A stretch of DNA of 64,000 nt from Ginglymostoma cirratum (lineage: Eukaryota), in NCBI GenBank assembly GCA_024137785.1, contig JAHRHZ010000091.1:9558586-9622585 (forward strand), given 5' to 3'. Shown here piece by piece: positions 24,363 to 36,532 of the stretch (positions are counted from its first letter, which is position 1; each line of letters opens with the position of its first letter). Below the pieces are notes generated by a model that worked only from the letters and a program-made list of their open reading frames with translations, had not been told where the DNA came from and did not search any database. A program made the translations under genes and the position numbers.

Positions 24363-24685
24363 ACCATTCACAAGAAACTGAAGTGGATGATCCATATGAA
24401 TACTGTGACTACAAGAACAGGTCAGAGGTTAAGAATCCTGCAACAAGGAACACACCTCCTGATATCCCCAAAGCCTATCTATCATTGACCAGGCAAAAGA
24501 AAGGAGCAGTCCCCACTTACAGATACTAAGAACTGCAGACACTGGAGTCAGAGATAACAAGGTGTGGAGCTGAAGGAGCACAGCAGGCAGCATCAGAGGA
24601 GCAGGAAAGCTAACGTTTTGGGTCGGATCCTTCTTCAGAAATATTTATAGCAGCTCCCACTTGCCTGGATGAGTGCAACTTGATT
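24363..24685 (+). mobile_element. CR1-clade LINE fragment split by a Penelope-derived insert
   Basis: AAGAAACTGAAGTGG..AGGTCAGAGG..CCCCACTT [insert] CCCACTTGCCTGGATGAGTGCA. Confidence 0.6.
24519..24648 (-). mobile_element. Penelope-derived terminal-repeat element with 14-bp TSD
   Basis: Minus strand TTTCTGAAGAAGGATCCGACCCAAAACGTTAGCTTTCCTGCTCC..; flanks AGCAGTCCCCACTT (24505-24518) and AGCAGCTCCCACTT (24649-24662). Confidence 0.75.
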
Positions 24686-24802
24686 CGAAGGAACTGAATA
24701 TTAATATTCTCTGAATATTAAACTGACCATTATTTATTGTGGACTAAAACCATGCACTGCACTCAACTTCCTCTAGCCCTCCACAGATGAAAACAAATGA
24801 TG

Positions 24803-25372
24803 CCTTTAGATTTAGACATTATTGTCACGTGTACTCAAGTACAAAAGCACAGGAGTACAGTGAAAAGTTTACAATGTCACCACGCATAGCGGCATCTTAG
24901 GTACAAGTACTAAGGTACAAAAACTTAAGTTTAAATATTACAGTCTTTTTAAAGAGCTTAGCCATGCTGGGAGCACACTTCCTAAAAGGGCTCGATCTCC
25001 TGCCCCTTTGGCACGTTTTCCCCATGCCAGCTCGATCTCCCCCGCTCTCGTCATCACTGCAGATGTGAGGACAACTTCTCAGATCACCAAAGCCCCAATC
25101 ATGGCGCCATCTACGCCAGGCCTCAATCTCATCTTCAGTCTGCACTGTGGGCATCAGGAACTCACCGAGAAACCCAGCCGCTGCTTCGCATTAGTCATCT
25201 AGCTGACCGCCAAATTCATTGAGCCCGATACTGCCGCCGTCTCTCTCCAGAAGGTGAGTTAATAGGAGAAAACTAAACAAAAACTAAAACTAAAAATAAG
25301 AGAGAAAAGAAGAAAAAAGTGACGAAGAAGAGTAGATGGTGTGGACAAGACTACTTTGCCGCCATCTTGCAG
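24803..25372 (-). mobile_element. Non-autonomous retroposon with Rex1-like 3' tail
   Basis: Minus-strand tail ACTTTTCACTGTACTC..GTACACGTGACAATAA..TCTAAATCTAAA; GC-rich body beginning CAAGATGGCGG; tail related to 33560-34165. Confidence 0.6.
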
Positions 25373-26205
25373 AGATGCAAGATACTACTCCCTGCTAATT
25401 GTTTTTAGAACCGTGGCTATTTTGTATCCAATGGCTGTCTGACTCTTCCTACAGCAATAGCTCTCATTCAGTTCATTATGAGGTCAATCCAACTTTGCCT
25501 TCAGTGGGTATTGGAAAGCTCTCCACTATTACCTTGTCAGCCTGCAACAGAACTTCTAATCTCAGTGTTTTGTCCACACTTCCAAGTTTAAGTCTTATGC
25601 ACTGGATGTATATTATGAAGATACAGAGAGTTATTCTTATCTAGTCAGCTCAACTGGCTGATAGAAATACAAAGATCTGTAACATAACTTTGCTAATCAA
25701 TTATTCCACACATCTCTTTGTTCCAAAAGTAACTGTTGATCATAGGTTTAACCATGTGCAATAAACATGGCTGGTTTTGACCCAGTTTCATTTTTCCAGC
25801 TTTATTCCATATCCCTTGACAAATACTTAATAATGTTCTGTTGATGTCAGTCATCAAAGGGCATCTGTTCCAGGACCCAATGTGTGTAATGAACGATGCA
25901 AGAACTCAGCCATTGTCCGAACTTAGCCATTGGTGATGTGAGCATATACATCTATGTGAGTGCTTTTGTGTCTAGTCAGCATTAAAGGCATAACTATCAG
26001 AGCTAGAGGCAAGCTTGTTGTATTTATTGATGGCAACAAAGTATATGGCACAGTTGGGAGAGAAGATTCTGAGAAGTATGACAGAAGTTCTTAAGCTGGA
26101 TATGCAGCTGGGAAAACAAGCAAAACTTCAACACTGATGATGGTGTAGTGCTGCACAGTTACAGAAGACACTGACAAAGAAGCCAATATGGGATATTACG
26201 GTGAG

Positions 26206-26291
26206 CAATGTTCCCTCTTATTTTCCTTTGCTGTGCATGATTTGTTTGTTCCCTGTGTACTGTGTGGCGGCACAGTTTAGAGGGAACATTG
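26206..26291. mobile_element. 86-bp MITE with perfect 13-bp terminal inverted repeats
   Basis: CAATGTTCCCTCT (26206-26218) ... AGAGGGAACATTG (26279-26291); hAT-like termini, TSD not recognisable. Confidence 0.7.
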
Positions 26292-26565
26292 ATACCTAGC
26301 ACATGGTTTCTCATTTATCACAGTTTCCTGAAGGAACCTCACTACTATATATTCAATAGGACTGAACTGATGTTGATAGAAATTGGCATTAACTGACCAC
26401 CCTTTACCATCTGGAAAACGTGGGGAAAATCCAATGGTGATAAAGATGTCTTCACTAACCAGCACTACGGCCAACAAATAGAAAAGGTACTTCTCAGAAA
26501 AGAAGGAATGTGTATTTCAAAACACAACCACCACTGCCAATTTTGAGGTTGAGCTTTTGTTGCTA

Positions 26566-26889
26566 TATAGAATCCCTACATTATGGAAGCAAGCTATTCA
26601 GCCAATTGAGACCCTCTGAAGAGCATTCCCCTCAACCCATCCCACCCCATCCCTGTAACCCTGCATTTCCCATGGCTAATCCACTTAGCCTGCACATCTC
26701 TGGACAATTTAGCATGACCAATCCACCTGCATTGGATCGTGGGAGGAAACCAGGGCACCCAGAGAAAGCCCATGCAGACACAGGGAGAATGTGCAAACTC
26801 CACACAGACTGTCTCCCTAGGGTAGAATTGAAGCCAGGTCCCTGGCGGTGTGAGGCAGTAGGGCTAATCACCGAGCCATCACGTTGCCC
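26566..26889 (-). mobile_element. HE1-type V-SINE
   Basis: V-domain GAATGTGCAAACTCCACACAGAC with head and tail. Confidence 0.88.
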
Positions 26890-26909
26890 ATATGGGAAAT
26901 ATAACAGCC

Positions 26910-27260
26910 TATAAGCACACGGCAAGCTCCCACACACAGCGGTGGAATAAATGAGAAAATAAACTTTTGTGTGACAGTAGTTGATACAGAAATTTCTGTG
27001 CAGGGATTGGGAACATCACCACACGTAGCTTTACTCAAAATCTACTTCTACCACGCACTCATCTTTGACTGATACCATTTTTATATCCATCTGAGAAGAA
27101 TGATGGAACCTATATTAACTTTGCATGTGAAAACTTGTACCTTCACCAGTACAGCCACTCCCCCACTGATGAGTCCAACAAAATTTGGTGCACAATGTCC
27201 TGATACAGGACTCAAACCCACCATCATCATATGAAAAAATATTTCCACCAACCTAAAGCT
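26910..27260 (-). mobile_element. Deu-domain SINE, degraded
   Basis: GCACACGGCAAGCTCCCACACACAGC is the reverse complement of the family 3' region. Confidence 0.5.
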
Positions 27261-27589
27261 GTGCAAAAACACTATATCTGAGTCACAAAGAAACAGAAAG
27301 ATGCATTGAGTTATTCAGTCTCAAATGGACAAGTGTTAGTACGGTTACTGCACCTGACACACATTCACCTCCAAAAGAATCCCTCAACCAAGCCGGGTTG
27401 TAGGAGGAAAATTTAGGAAATGTTCCACCTATGGATCAGAATGCAGCAAGTTTTGCTTATAGGATGTATGAATAGACATTGGCTGAGGGTAGATTGTACA
27501 CAGCAATGTAGTGGCCCTCAATGTTGCACTGTCTGTTAATATGCACTGTCACCAGGTTAATAAAGATTTTGTCACAGCAGAACACAGGA

Positions 27590-27805
27590 ACTTTACCCAA
27601 CCATTCTATCCTCATCTTGTACAGAAAAGACATGCAGAGTAATTTCCATCCATTACATCTAAATGTTTGGAGCAAATTTGCCATGCGGGTGGTTGAAGCA
27701 AAAACATTAGTAATGTTGAAAATGACGCTGTTTGCTAGATGGAACAGTAGGGATGCAAGAGGAATAAGCTTTGACATGCAAAATGGCCTTTTCCATGTCT
27801 TCCGA
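27590..27805 (+). mobile_element. CR1 LINE 3' fragment
   Basis: Translates LNVWSKFAMRVVEAKTLVMLK; tail AAATGGCCTTTTCCATGT. Confidence 0.55.
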
Positions 27806-28349
27806 CTTTTCTTAAATGAAAATAATATTTGCCTTTATGCAGCACCTCGTCACATCAAAACAACTCAAAACTCTTCAAACAAATTACTTTTGAATTGAAA
27901 GGATTAGTGTTAAGCAAAAAAGTGCAATCCTTTGAATGAACATTTGTTAAGTTGAAAACCCTTAGAAATGTAGAACTGGAGAAGGCACTTCAGCCCATTG
28001 AGTCTGATTCATCTTTCAACCAAATCTGTTGATGACCTACATTTGTTAATGTCATTAATTGAAAGGGTAATGTTAATAAGAACAATGGGAGAACTCCATT
28101 CTTTCAAGAACACACCAGAAAATTCCTGGCATTCATCTGAACAGACTAGGTCTGAGACAAACATCTCAGCTGATGGTTAGGGCCATGTTGAGTTTTTAAT
28201 TATGCTGGGAGTGTCGGGCCTTGGTTTTTAGCTTAAATCCACAGGCACTCAAAGGGAGGCAAGATTGTTATCAAATAGACAATTAAGACAAGCTATTCTC
28301 TCCATCCTGGTACCTGAGGCCACAGTCTGCACTGGAGTTGGAGAATCGG

Positions 28350-28730
28350 TTTTTTTTGACTTCATTGATCAGATATCACTGTTAAGACCCACATTAGTTG
28401 CCCATCTCTTGAACTGAATAGTTTGCTAGCCCATTTTCGAAGGCAGCTTAAGAGACAAGCTCACTTGAGTGGATCTGGACTCACACATAAGCCAAACCAG
28501 GTAAGACAACAGATTTCCTTACCTAAAAAGGACATCAGTGAAGTAGATAGGTTTTCACAATAATCAATGATAATTTCATAGTCACCGTTACTGAGACTAG
28601 TTTTCACTTACAAATGCGTTGATTGTGTTTAAATTCCGGCAGCTCCAATGCATTTTGAACTAGTGTCCTCAGCATAATAGCCTGGACCACTGTTCTAACA
28701 ACATTACCATTATGTCAATACCTTCCCCCT
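28350..28730 (-). mobile_element. SINE family B
   Basis: CCAGGTAAGACAACAGATTTCCTT..GGACATCAGTGAA..CATTACCATTATGTCA. Confidence 0.75.
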
Positions 28731-29344
28731 TGTGGTGTGCATAACTTGAAAACAAACCTGTGACAATAATCTTTCAACTTGCAAGAGCTTCAAATATGGA
28801 TCAGGTTCCCTAGGAAGTTGGTGAAAGCTGTTAATACTGATTCATCGAAAAGTAAATTTGATTTTTTGAGGAAATAACATTTGGATTACACCCCTATGAG
28901 TAACTTGAGACATGATGGGTGGTAAGTGTAGCATGCTTGTATCGAGTGGTTCACTTGGGATCTATGGCTCCCAAAGTTCTCCACTATGAGGACTTTCCTT
29001 ATCCCAGGAGCTAGGTCTGTTTTAGACACACTGACACAGATTGATTGGCCAACAACTTCATTATCAATGTATCATGCAACTAAGAGGATGATGCGATGTA
29101 AACTAAATCAACTTTGGTTTTTATCATTTAAGTTAATACAAGCCGAATAGCTTCTCTCTTTATAGTTGCTCTTAACAAGGATCTAGCAATACCATCTTCT
29201 GAAGTGAGGACACCACATGGCTAAATCTGCTTAGAATTGCAGAAATGCAATCATATTAGCTTCTGGAAAGACCTGTTTATAGCAAGTTGTTCTCAACAAC
29301 CCGTGGGTGAGTAGGATAGCTGTCTTCCCTGGGTCATACTTCTC

Positions 29345-29930
29345 TTCATTCCAGATACCCGAGCACCATCTATTGTCTGACACTGCCATGCGGTATCGAT
29401 GGAGTGCTGCATTGTTGGAGGTGGTGTCTTCCAGATTCTAAACTGAAGCCCTAAGGTCCTCTCAGGTAGATGTAAAAGATCCCACGGCATTAGAAGGTAA
29501 AAGTAAAGTCCCAAAGGGCTGCGCTCTCATGAGAGAAAGAGAGATGATTGGTGTTGAGTTTAACCTGAGGGTCAGGCTAGGGGTGAGGTTAAGAAGGCAG
29601 GACCTTTATGGTGACCCCGGCTGAGAACTGAACCCACGCTGTTGGCATCACAAACCAGCCATCCAGCCAACTGAGCACCTGTCATGGCATGTTTGAAGAA
29701 TAGCTGGGAGATTTCCCTGGTGTCCAGACCGACCTTTATCACATATCCAATATTAACTAACAATACTAAAACGGATCATCTGGTCATTTTTCTCATTGTT
29801 GCTTGTCGGATCTATACCAAATCGGTTTTTACGTTCCTTACATTGAAACAGTGACTGTGCTTGAAAAGTAAAAGTATTTTGGCTCTTTGTGAAAAGGGGT
29901 ACATACATTCAATGCATTTCTTTCTTTCTC
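29345..29930 (+). mobile_element. Deu-domain SINE interrupted by a second SINE
   Basis: GTAAAAGATCCCACGGCAT [insert] CATGGCATGTTTGAAGAA; an 8-bp near-duplication flanks the insert. Confidence 0.75.
29491..29680 (-). mobile_element. Short tRNA-derived SINE nested in the Deu-SINE
   Basis: Minus-strand head GCTCAGTTGGCTGGATGGCTGGTTTGTGATG..GTGGGTTCAGTTC. Confidence 0.65.
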
Positions 29931-30819
29931 TCTGTTTGTCTGTCTTATTGAGATTGCAAGCATGCAGGGTGAGGCCTATAGCTCAGTAACTGGTGGCTCA
30001 GATGTCCCACCGGCACCTTTAGAAAAAGCAGCTCAAGTGTTTACAGACAGTGTCAAAGTGGGAACAGCCCCACAAAAGTGCATGTGTTAATTATCAGACA
30101 GACCTGTCATTCACGACTGCATTGTTTCCTTTACGATATACTTCGGAATATACCAATTTTTTTTTTACCACTGACTCATTTCTAATCAGTATCTATAATA
30201 ATTACTGTTTTTAACTAAGTGCGTCTACTCCTCTCGTCTGTCTTGGAGTTAAAGCAGTCAAAATGAAACAGCACAGGAAGAGATGTGATTGACAGTTCTG
30301 TCACCCAACTATTCTCCACTACCCAATTTAACCTTGATTTGAAACTTTCTGGGTGACATCTGTTACAAGCAAGTGTTTGCAATTTTCTCCTCTCAAAAAA
30401 TACGAGGTAAAATAAACTCTGATGCCATTGTAATGATTAAGTGGGAGCCATAGAATGGCCATTTGCATACAGAATAAGAAGCACTGAACAAGCACATTGT
30501 GACATAAATGCACACTTGCCAACCTTTTCATTATCAAAATAGGTAGGAGGATTTCTGCCACTCCAAAAGGTCTCTGTACAAAATATATGACATCCATGCA
30601 CCCTGAGACTTTATTTCCAGAGCTCTTAAAGAGACAGAATTGTGTTTGGAAAGGACTGGCATTTATGTAACGTCTTCACATTGTCAGGATACTCAAAGTA
30701 CTTTACAGCCAAATTTAAAAATTTTGAATGGACTCACTGTTGTAAATCAATTGGCAATTTTTTGCTTTCCCATTGGCCTTTAAAAAAGCCATGGATTTTC
30801 AGAAATAATTCAATCACTG

Positions 30820-31150
30820 GATGGAAGGTAGGGCAACATTTATTGATGATCCTTAGTTGCCTTGAGAGGTTGATGGTCTGCCTTATTCTATGCAGCACTT
30901 TGGTACAATAGAGTGGCTCACTAAGCCACTTTCAACGACAGTTGAGAGTCAATTAAGAATCAACTATATCAGAATGGCACGTGACTCCGATACATGCCTG
31001 ATGAGATGAGGACAGTTTCCTTCCTAAAAGAGCATTAGTTGAACCAGTTGGATTTCTGTGAAAATCCAAAAGCAATTTATTTTTACAGAAACAGTCCTTT
31101 TCAGATTCGGATAACTGGGCTCCATATCTTTGGGCTTACTTTCAAGTCTC
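30820..31150 (-). mobile_element. SINE family B / associated LINE tail, degraded
   Basis: CAACATTTATTG..TTGCCTTGAGAGG..AGCATTAGTTGAACCAG. Confidence 0.55.
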
Positions 31151-31542
31151 TCCATTAGCTTCTGAAGAAATGAAATTGATGGATAGGTAAATGACAACTG
31201 GTTCATCATGCCTCCATTGCACAATGGGGACACCTTTACCCTCTCTACTTATGCAATATTTTTCAACTTTAGTTCCAGTGTGGGCCCCACCCTTTTGCTT
31301 CTGGCCCAATGAGCACTCTGATCAACCATCCAGGTCTTCCAACTGTGATGTTTCCTTGTTGTTGAATGTGCTTTCCCAATCTCTACATAAACAGAGTCCG
31401 TCCTCTCCTTTAAACACTTCCTCAAAATCCTTTGGATTGTGTCTTTGGCTACTTCACCCATTCACTGCCCATTCCAGCTCAGAGCACCCAGCACATTGTT
31501 AGTTGGAATTTGTGCTCAAATGTCTTGTGTACAATCACCATT

Positions 31543-31865
31543 GGGGTGGCACAGTGGCTCAATGGTTGGCACTGCTGCCTCACGGCACCAGGGACCCAGG
31601 TTCAATTCCAGCCTCAGGCTACTGTCTGTGTGGAGTGTGCACATTCTCCCCACGTCTGCGTGGGTTTCCTCTAGGTGCTTCAGTTTCTTCCCACAGTCCA
31701 AAGATGTGCAGGGTAGGTTGGATTCGTCATGCTAAATTGCCCATTGTGTCCAGGGATGTGCAGGCTGGGTGGGTTAGCCATGGTTACAGGGAGAGGGTGG
31801 GTGTGGGTCTGGGTGGGATGCTCTTTGGAGGGTCGATGTGGGCCAAATGACCTGACAGAACTGTG
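31543..31865 (+). mobile_element. HE1-type V-SINE
   Basis: GGGGTGGCACAGTGGCTCAATGG..GGGACCCAGGTTCAATTCC..V-domain. Confidence 0.92.
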
Positions 31866-32249
31866 AACCACCTGTATTTTCCACTGCTGCACTCGAGTTA
31901 GGAGGGTTTTGCTTTAAAGATCTTTCTTTCCAAGTTTTCTTTCCTTCCCTATTTCCTTTCTTGAAGGCACTGACTCCTTGTGGGGATGCAACTGTCCACC
32001 CAAACCACCTTCCCACACAAATCCCTTACTCGGGATACCGCCTTCAGCAACAGTCAATTAGCTGGTTTACAGAATGCAACTCTGGGTCACAGATTACTGA
32101 AGTGGGTCAACCCTGTTTTTCAGCCATTGGCATGACTTCCACATCTTAAAGACTGAAAGAAGCATAGCTTTTCCATTGACTCCGAGCTCTAATTATTCAA
32201 AGTTCAAATCTGGGACACTGCACAACATTAAAAGTGTTATAGAAATCAT

Positions 32250-32475
32250 GCAGAGGGTGGTGCTTGTATGGAATGAGCTGCCAGAGGAAGTGGTAGAAGT
32301 GGGTACAATTACAACATTTAAAAGACATCTGGATGGGCATATGAATAGGGAGAGTTTAGAGGGATATGGGCCAAATGCTGGCGAATGGGACAAGATTAAT
32401 TTACGATATCTGATCGGCATGGATGAGTTGCACCGAAGGGTCTGTTTCCCTGCTGTACAACTCTATGACTCTAAG
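32250..32475 (+). mobile_element. CR1 (HER1-like) LINE 3' end
   Basis: ORF 32176..32478 segment QRVVLVWNELPEEVVEVGTITTFKRHLDGHMNR; tail CTCTATGACTCTA. Confidence 0.85.
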
Positions 32476-32499
32476 TGAAAGATACTGCTGTTGTCAAAG

Positions 32500-32875
32500 A
32501 CATATTTAAATTTTGCTTCAAAAGTGCCTTTCAAAGAGGTGCTTTCTTGGGGGTATAATCAATCAGAAATTGACACAGAATCAAAGAAGGTGGTGGAGGA
32601 AGTGGTTAAAGATTTCAGGGGATTCTGAAAGTAGGAGAGAAGAGTTGAAAAGTTCAGTGAGGGAATTTTGCAGCTTTGAGCCCAGGTAGCTACCAATGGT
32701 CAGACAAAAAAAAGTCAGCATGCAACAGGAGATCATAGCCAAGGAACACAGAGTACTCGATGAGTTGTAGAACTGGAGGAATTTAGTGCGACAGGGAGGA
32801 ATGTGTCCATAATGGGATTTGAACACATTGATGAGAAATTTAAATTTAACATCATTTATAGACTCCCAGTAGGAA
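32500..32875 (-). mobile_element. L2 LINE 3' fragment
   Basis: GAGGGAATTTTGCAGCTTTGAGCCCAGG..GGGATTTGAACACATTGATGAGAAATTT; related to 38930-39600. Confidence 0.55.
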
Positions 32876-33559
32876 CAGTTACAAAGTAGACCCACCACCA
32901 AAGCAGTTAGCACCATTATCTGTGATATATATGACTTCAAAGTTCCATTTGTATGAAAAGGCATAAACCAAGGTCCTATCTAGCTGCTGTGCTGGAGGTA
33001 TAGGGATTATTCTTGGTGTCAACACGGCCAATCACGGATTACCTGCTCACAGCTGTAAGCAGAATAATTTTCCTTGCAACAACTGTCAGTGTGCTTAAAA
33101 AGCAATTTTGTGTTTGTGATATTCTTGGAGTCTTGTCCTTGAAATGCAATTAGACAAAGATTTATTAAATTAACAATATTCTCAACAGCTTCAAGCAGCC
33201 ACCTAAGTACAGGCAGCAGTTAAAACAATGCCCTAGTTCCTGACAGCAGGAATTAAGCCAAGCATGCAGGATCGGAGTGGAATAGAATTATCCTAAAACC
33301 ATTGTCTCCATCAGGTAGATCATGATCGACGGGTCAATCTGACTGCCCTTGGTGCTGCATGACTTCTACTTCTGGTATCCACACAGTTAGAGAAAAGTGC
33401 ACCATGTTTTTAACGGGCTTTTGCCAACTTCCGGCATTGTATGCCAGTTTGGTCTAGATGGAGTATCATTGCAGGCTAAACTAAGTTCCATGGAGGCAAT
33501 GCAAGCAAATGAATAAGAAATATTGCAGGAACTGATGTGTGAAGTCAAGCTATTACATC

Positions 33560-34165
33560 TTGCAAGATAGTTGTGGCGGGCTCAGCACGGGGCTCAGCTA
33601 CTCATGGCTCATGCAATAGGTTCTGCTGCATCCACAGGACTTCACTGTTGTCTTTCCAGCTCAATAGCTTCTTGTTTTTGTTGCCCTCCCGATGCCCTCC
33701 TGGTGGAGGCCGGGGCCCTGTGTATCTCTGTCCCAGCTCCATCTCGGGTGGCAGCATCGGAATGCTAGCCAGGACCCCATCGGTCGCCTCAGAGCCAGGA
33801 CCCCGTTCGCTGGTGTCCAGCATTGGAGGAGGTGCAGGACCTGTGCAGCGCGAACGTCTCCGGTTCAGAGGTGGCGGAAGCGGAAGTGACGGAGCCGGTG
33901 GTGGCAGGAAAGGAGCACACTGCCAGGACCGCGATGGTGTCAGACGGCAGCAATCGGAAGAGCAGAGAGGGAGGAAGGCAACGGAAAGGGAAAGATGAAC
34001 TTTTGAAGCGGTTTCAGTTTGTGTAATTTCAATTTAATATTAACTTATTCAGTATTTTACCATTTATACAATTTATTCAGTAATTTATTCTGTAATCCAA
34101 GGTGGCTCCGGAACATGGAGACATTATCCACTTTTCTCTGTACCTAGGTACAAGTGACAATATTA
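33560..34165 (+). mobile_element. Non-autonomous retroposon with Rex1-like tail nested in the hAT element
   Basis: CpG-rich body, then CACTTTTCTCTGTACCTAGGTACAAGTGACAATATTAAATAAATCTAAATCTA. Confidence 0.65.
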
Positions 34166-34544
34166 AATAAATCTAAATCTACTAGAGCCACGTGAGGCCA
34201 TTCAGCCCATCATGTCTATATAGACTCTCTGCAAGAATAGTTCAGCCAATCCTCCTCCTCTGTCCATTCTCCTTGGATCTCCAGGTTTGTTTTTCCTCAG
34301 CTTCTATCTAACAGGTCTGTGCAGGATGAAGAAACATTATGGGGTGCACTGTCATGCCACACATCCAACTTTGAGCAACTCAAGCTGACTAGGGGCCCCA
34401 GAACCAAACTGCGCCCACAGAAGTGACCCTGTGCCTCCAGACTTGAAAGCAGCAGCAACGTTCCAAGTATTCCAGAGGCATGGACCCAGAGCCAGGCCTG
34501 CAGAATGGTGTCATGTACCACAGGGCGAAGCAACAATGAGGTTG

Positions 34545-36262
34545 ATGAACAAACCAAAAAACTGTACAACTTCCACCGGTAGTGGAAAAATGAATGTCTG
34601 TTCACAACTGTGAAAGATAAGCGTGTTTGCTTTAAATGCCACCAAAGTATATGGATAAGTATAAGAGGGAATATGGAATGGCACCATGCAACAATAAATT
34701 AAAGGGTACTTTTCCCATGAACAATATGCTTCAGACAAAAAGTCCATTTCTAAACAAGCAGCAAACCTTCACTGAAGCACTATTTCATATTTGCCATCTT
34801 CTGGAAGAAGTCACTCATGCACAACAACATCATGAATGAAGCAATGACTGAGGCTGCTGACTTTTTGGTCAAAGGCTTAAGAATAAAGTGGAAATAACGT
34901 GGGCAATCCTATGTCACTTGGTGCTTCCACCAAGGTGAATAGAAACTTTGTCCAAAGGTGTCTTTCAGCAATTACAGCAGGACCTGAAGGATTGTGAATG
35001 CTCCTCACTGCAGTTCGATGAATCCATTGACATGACTGCTGCAGCCCAGCTGATTGTTTTAATGCACCTGGTTTTCAGGAAATAACTAAAGAGGATCTTC
35101 TCACCTTTTTCCCTTTAAAGACAGAACAAGGGGCGAGGATATCTACAGGAAATTCAAACGTTACTTGAGAGAAACAGTTCAATCATGAAACAGGCTTCCA
35201 TCACCATTGATGCATGCATGGCACCAATACAGACTTGCTGCATTTTGCAGAACTGATCCTGATTTCCCCGATCCCGTCAATTACTACTGTATCAGCCACA
35301 TGCTAGCACTGACGGGTAAAGTTGAGGACTTTTCTCATGTAATTAAAATTATTGCTAAGATTGTAAACTTGATTCGAGCAAGAGCCCTTCAGCTCTGCTT
35401 TCTGTAAATCCTTAATCAACTGACTCAATGCTGCATACAGTGAACTAATCCTCCATGCTGATGTGAGATGGTTAAGTCAATGGAAGGTCCTGCAAAGACT
35501 TTTTTGATCTGATGCCTGAAATCGACACATTACTTAAATCAAGCATGCAGTGAGCTGTCAGACAACATGTGGTTGCTTGACTTCAGATTCCTTACAGACA
35601 TAATGTCAAAACGGAACAAGCCGAACTATAAACTGCAGGGAAATGACAGTGATTTAGTAACATTTGATCAACGCTTTGAATGCATTCAAATTGAAACTGG
35701 GTCTGTGGTCCTGCCAATTAAATAAAATGCTGCAACACTTCCCAAGTCTGGAGAAAACACTAGAGAAAAACAAATCAAAGACAAAGAGAAATAGTTTCAA
35801 CCCCAAAAACTTCTGAGGAAGTTAGCAGAGGAATTCAACAGGTGATTTCAGGAATTAGATGTAATGGAACAAATCATCATGTTTGTCTTGAATCTATTCC
35901 TTCAAGTGGATATTAGTGGGCTGGCTACCAAATTCCATCAGATGTTTGAGTTACAAAGGAGTGGAGTTGATATGGAACTAATTACTATGCAAAATGATAT
36001 TGAGTTGAAAGCTCAAGGAACAGTGATTTATGGTGATTTGTACACAGAGAAAAAATTCTGCTTTAACATCGTGTACTTTTAAAGTGAAAGTTTACTTTGA
36101 CTCCATGTATTTCTGTGAGGCAGTGTTCTCCCAGAAAGAGGTAATCAAGTTTATGTATCGCATTGCCTCACTTATTTGATAGACTGTACATGTCGAGCAG
36201 TCTCAAACTACAACCCAGACTTCTGGGCACTGACAGTTAATGTACAGTCACAAGTGACTATA
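34545..36262 (+). pseudogene. Degenerate hAT transposase (GTF2IRD2/EPM2AIP1/SPIN-like)
   Basis: Motifs in order: zinc-finger-like KDKRVCFKC (~34615), SLQFDESIDMTAAAQLIV (~35005), YYCISH (~35282), LILHADVRWLSQWKVLQR (~35445), FDSMYFCEAVFS..IK..YR (~36097). Many stops and frameshifts. Confidence 0.88.
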
Positions 36263-36532
36263 GAGTAGAGGATAAGAAGGGGGCAAGATTAATAATTATA
36301 CAGAATTAGGGGTTTTGGATTTATATAGCACTAAAACTAAACTATTTATTCCATATTTTCTTAGATCCTGAGTTGCCCTTAAATTCAAAATGTGATCTTA
36401 TGCTTAAAAAATTGGAGACAACTGCTCTAATGGTTACAAATAGAAGTGTGTTTACATGGGGCAGACAACAGGCAAACAGGAAAAAACAAATAGTGTTCCA
36501 GGGAGAAAGCAGAGAATGGCACCAAGTGGTAG

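Larger units (their letters stand above)
33299..36424 (+). mobile_element. Fossil hAT DNA transposon (Charlie/Buster group) with nested retroelements
   Basis: Left end CCATTGTCTCCA(TCAGGTAGATCATGATCGAC) and right end TGGAGACAACTG form degenerate TIRs (inner 9 bp perfect). Flanks TCCTAAAA and CTCTAATG retain the CTA core of a Charlie-type target site. Confidence 0.65.

Noticed and set aside
33571-34026. GC-rich overlapping ORFs as a host exon or CpG-island promoter
   Set aside because: They lie within a retroposon with a Rex1-like tail nested in the hAT fossil.
34545-36262. Domesticated, functional transposase gene
   Set aside because: Numerous stops and frameshifts; conserved motifs are eroded.
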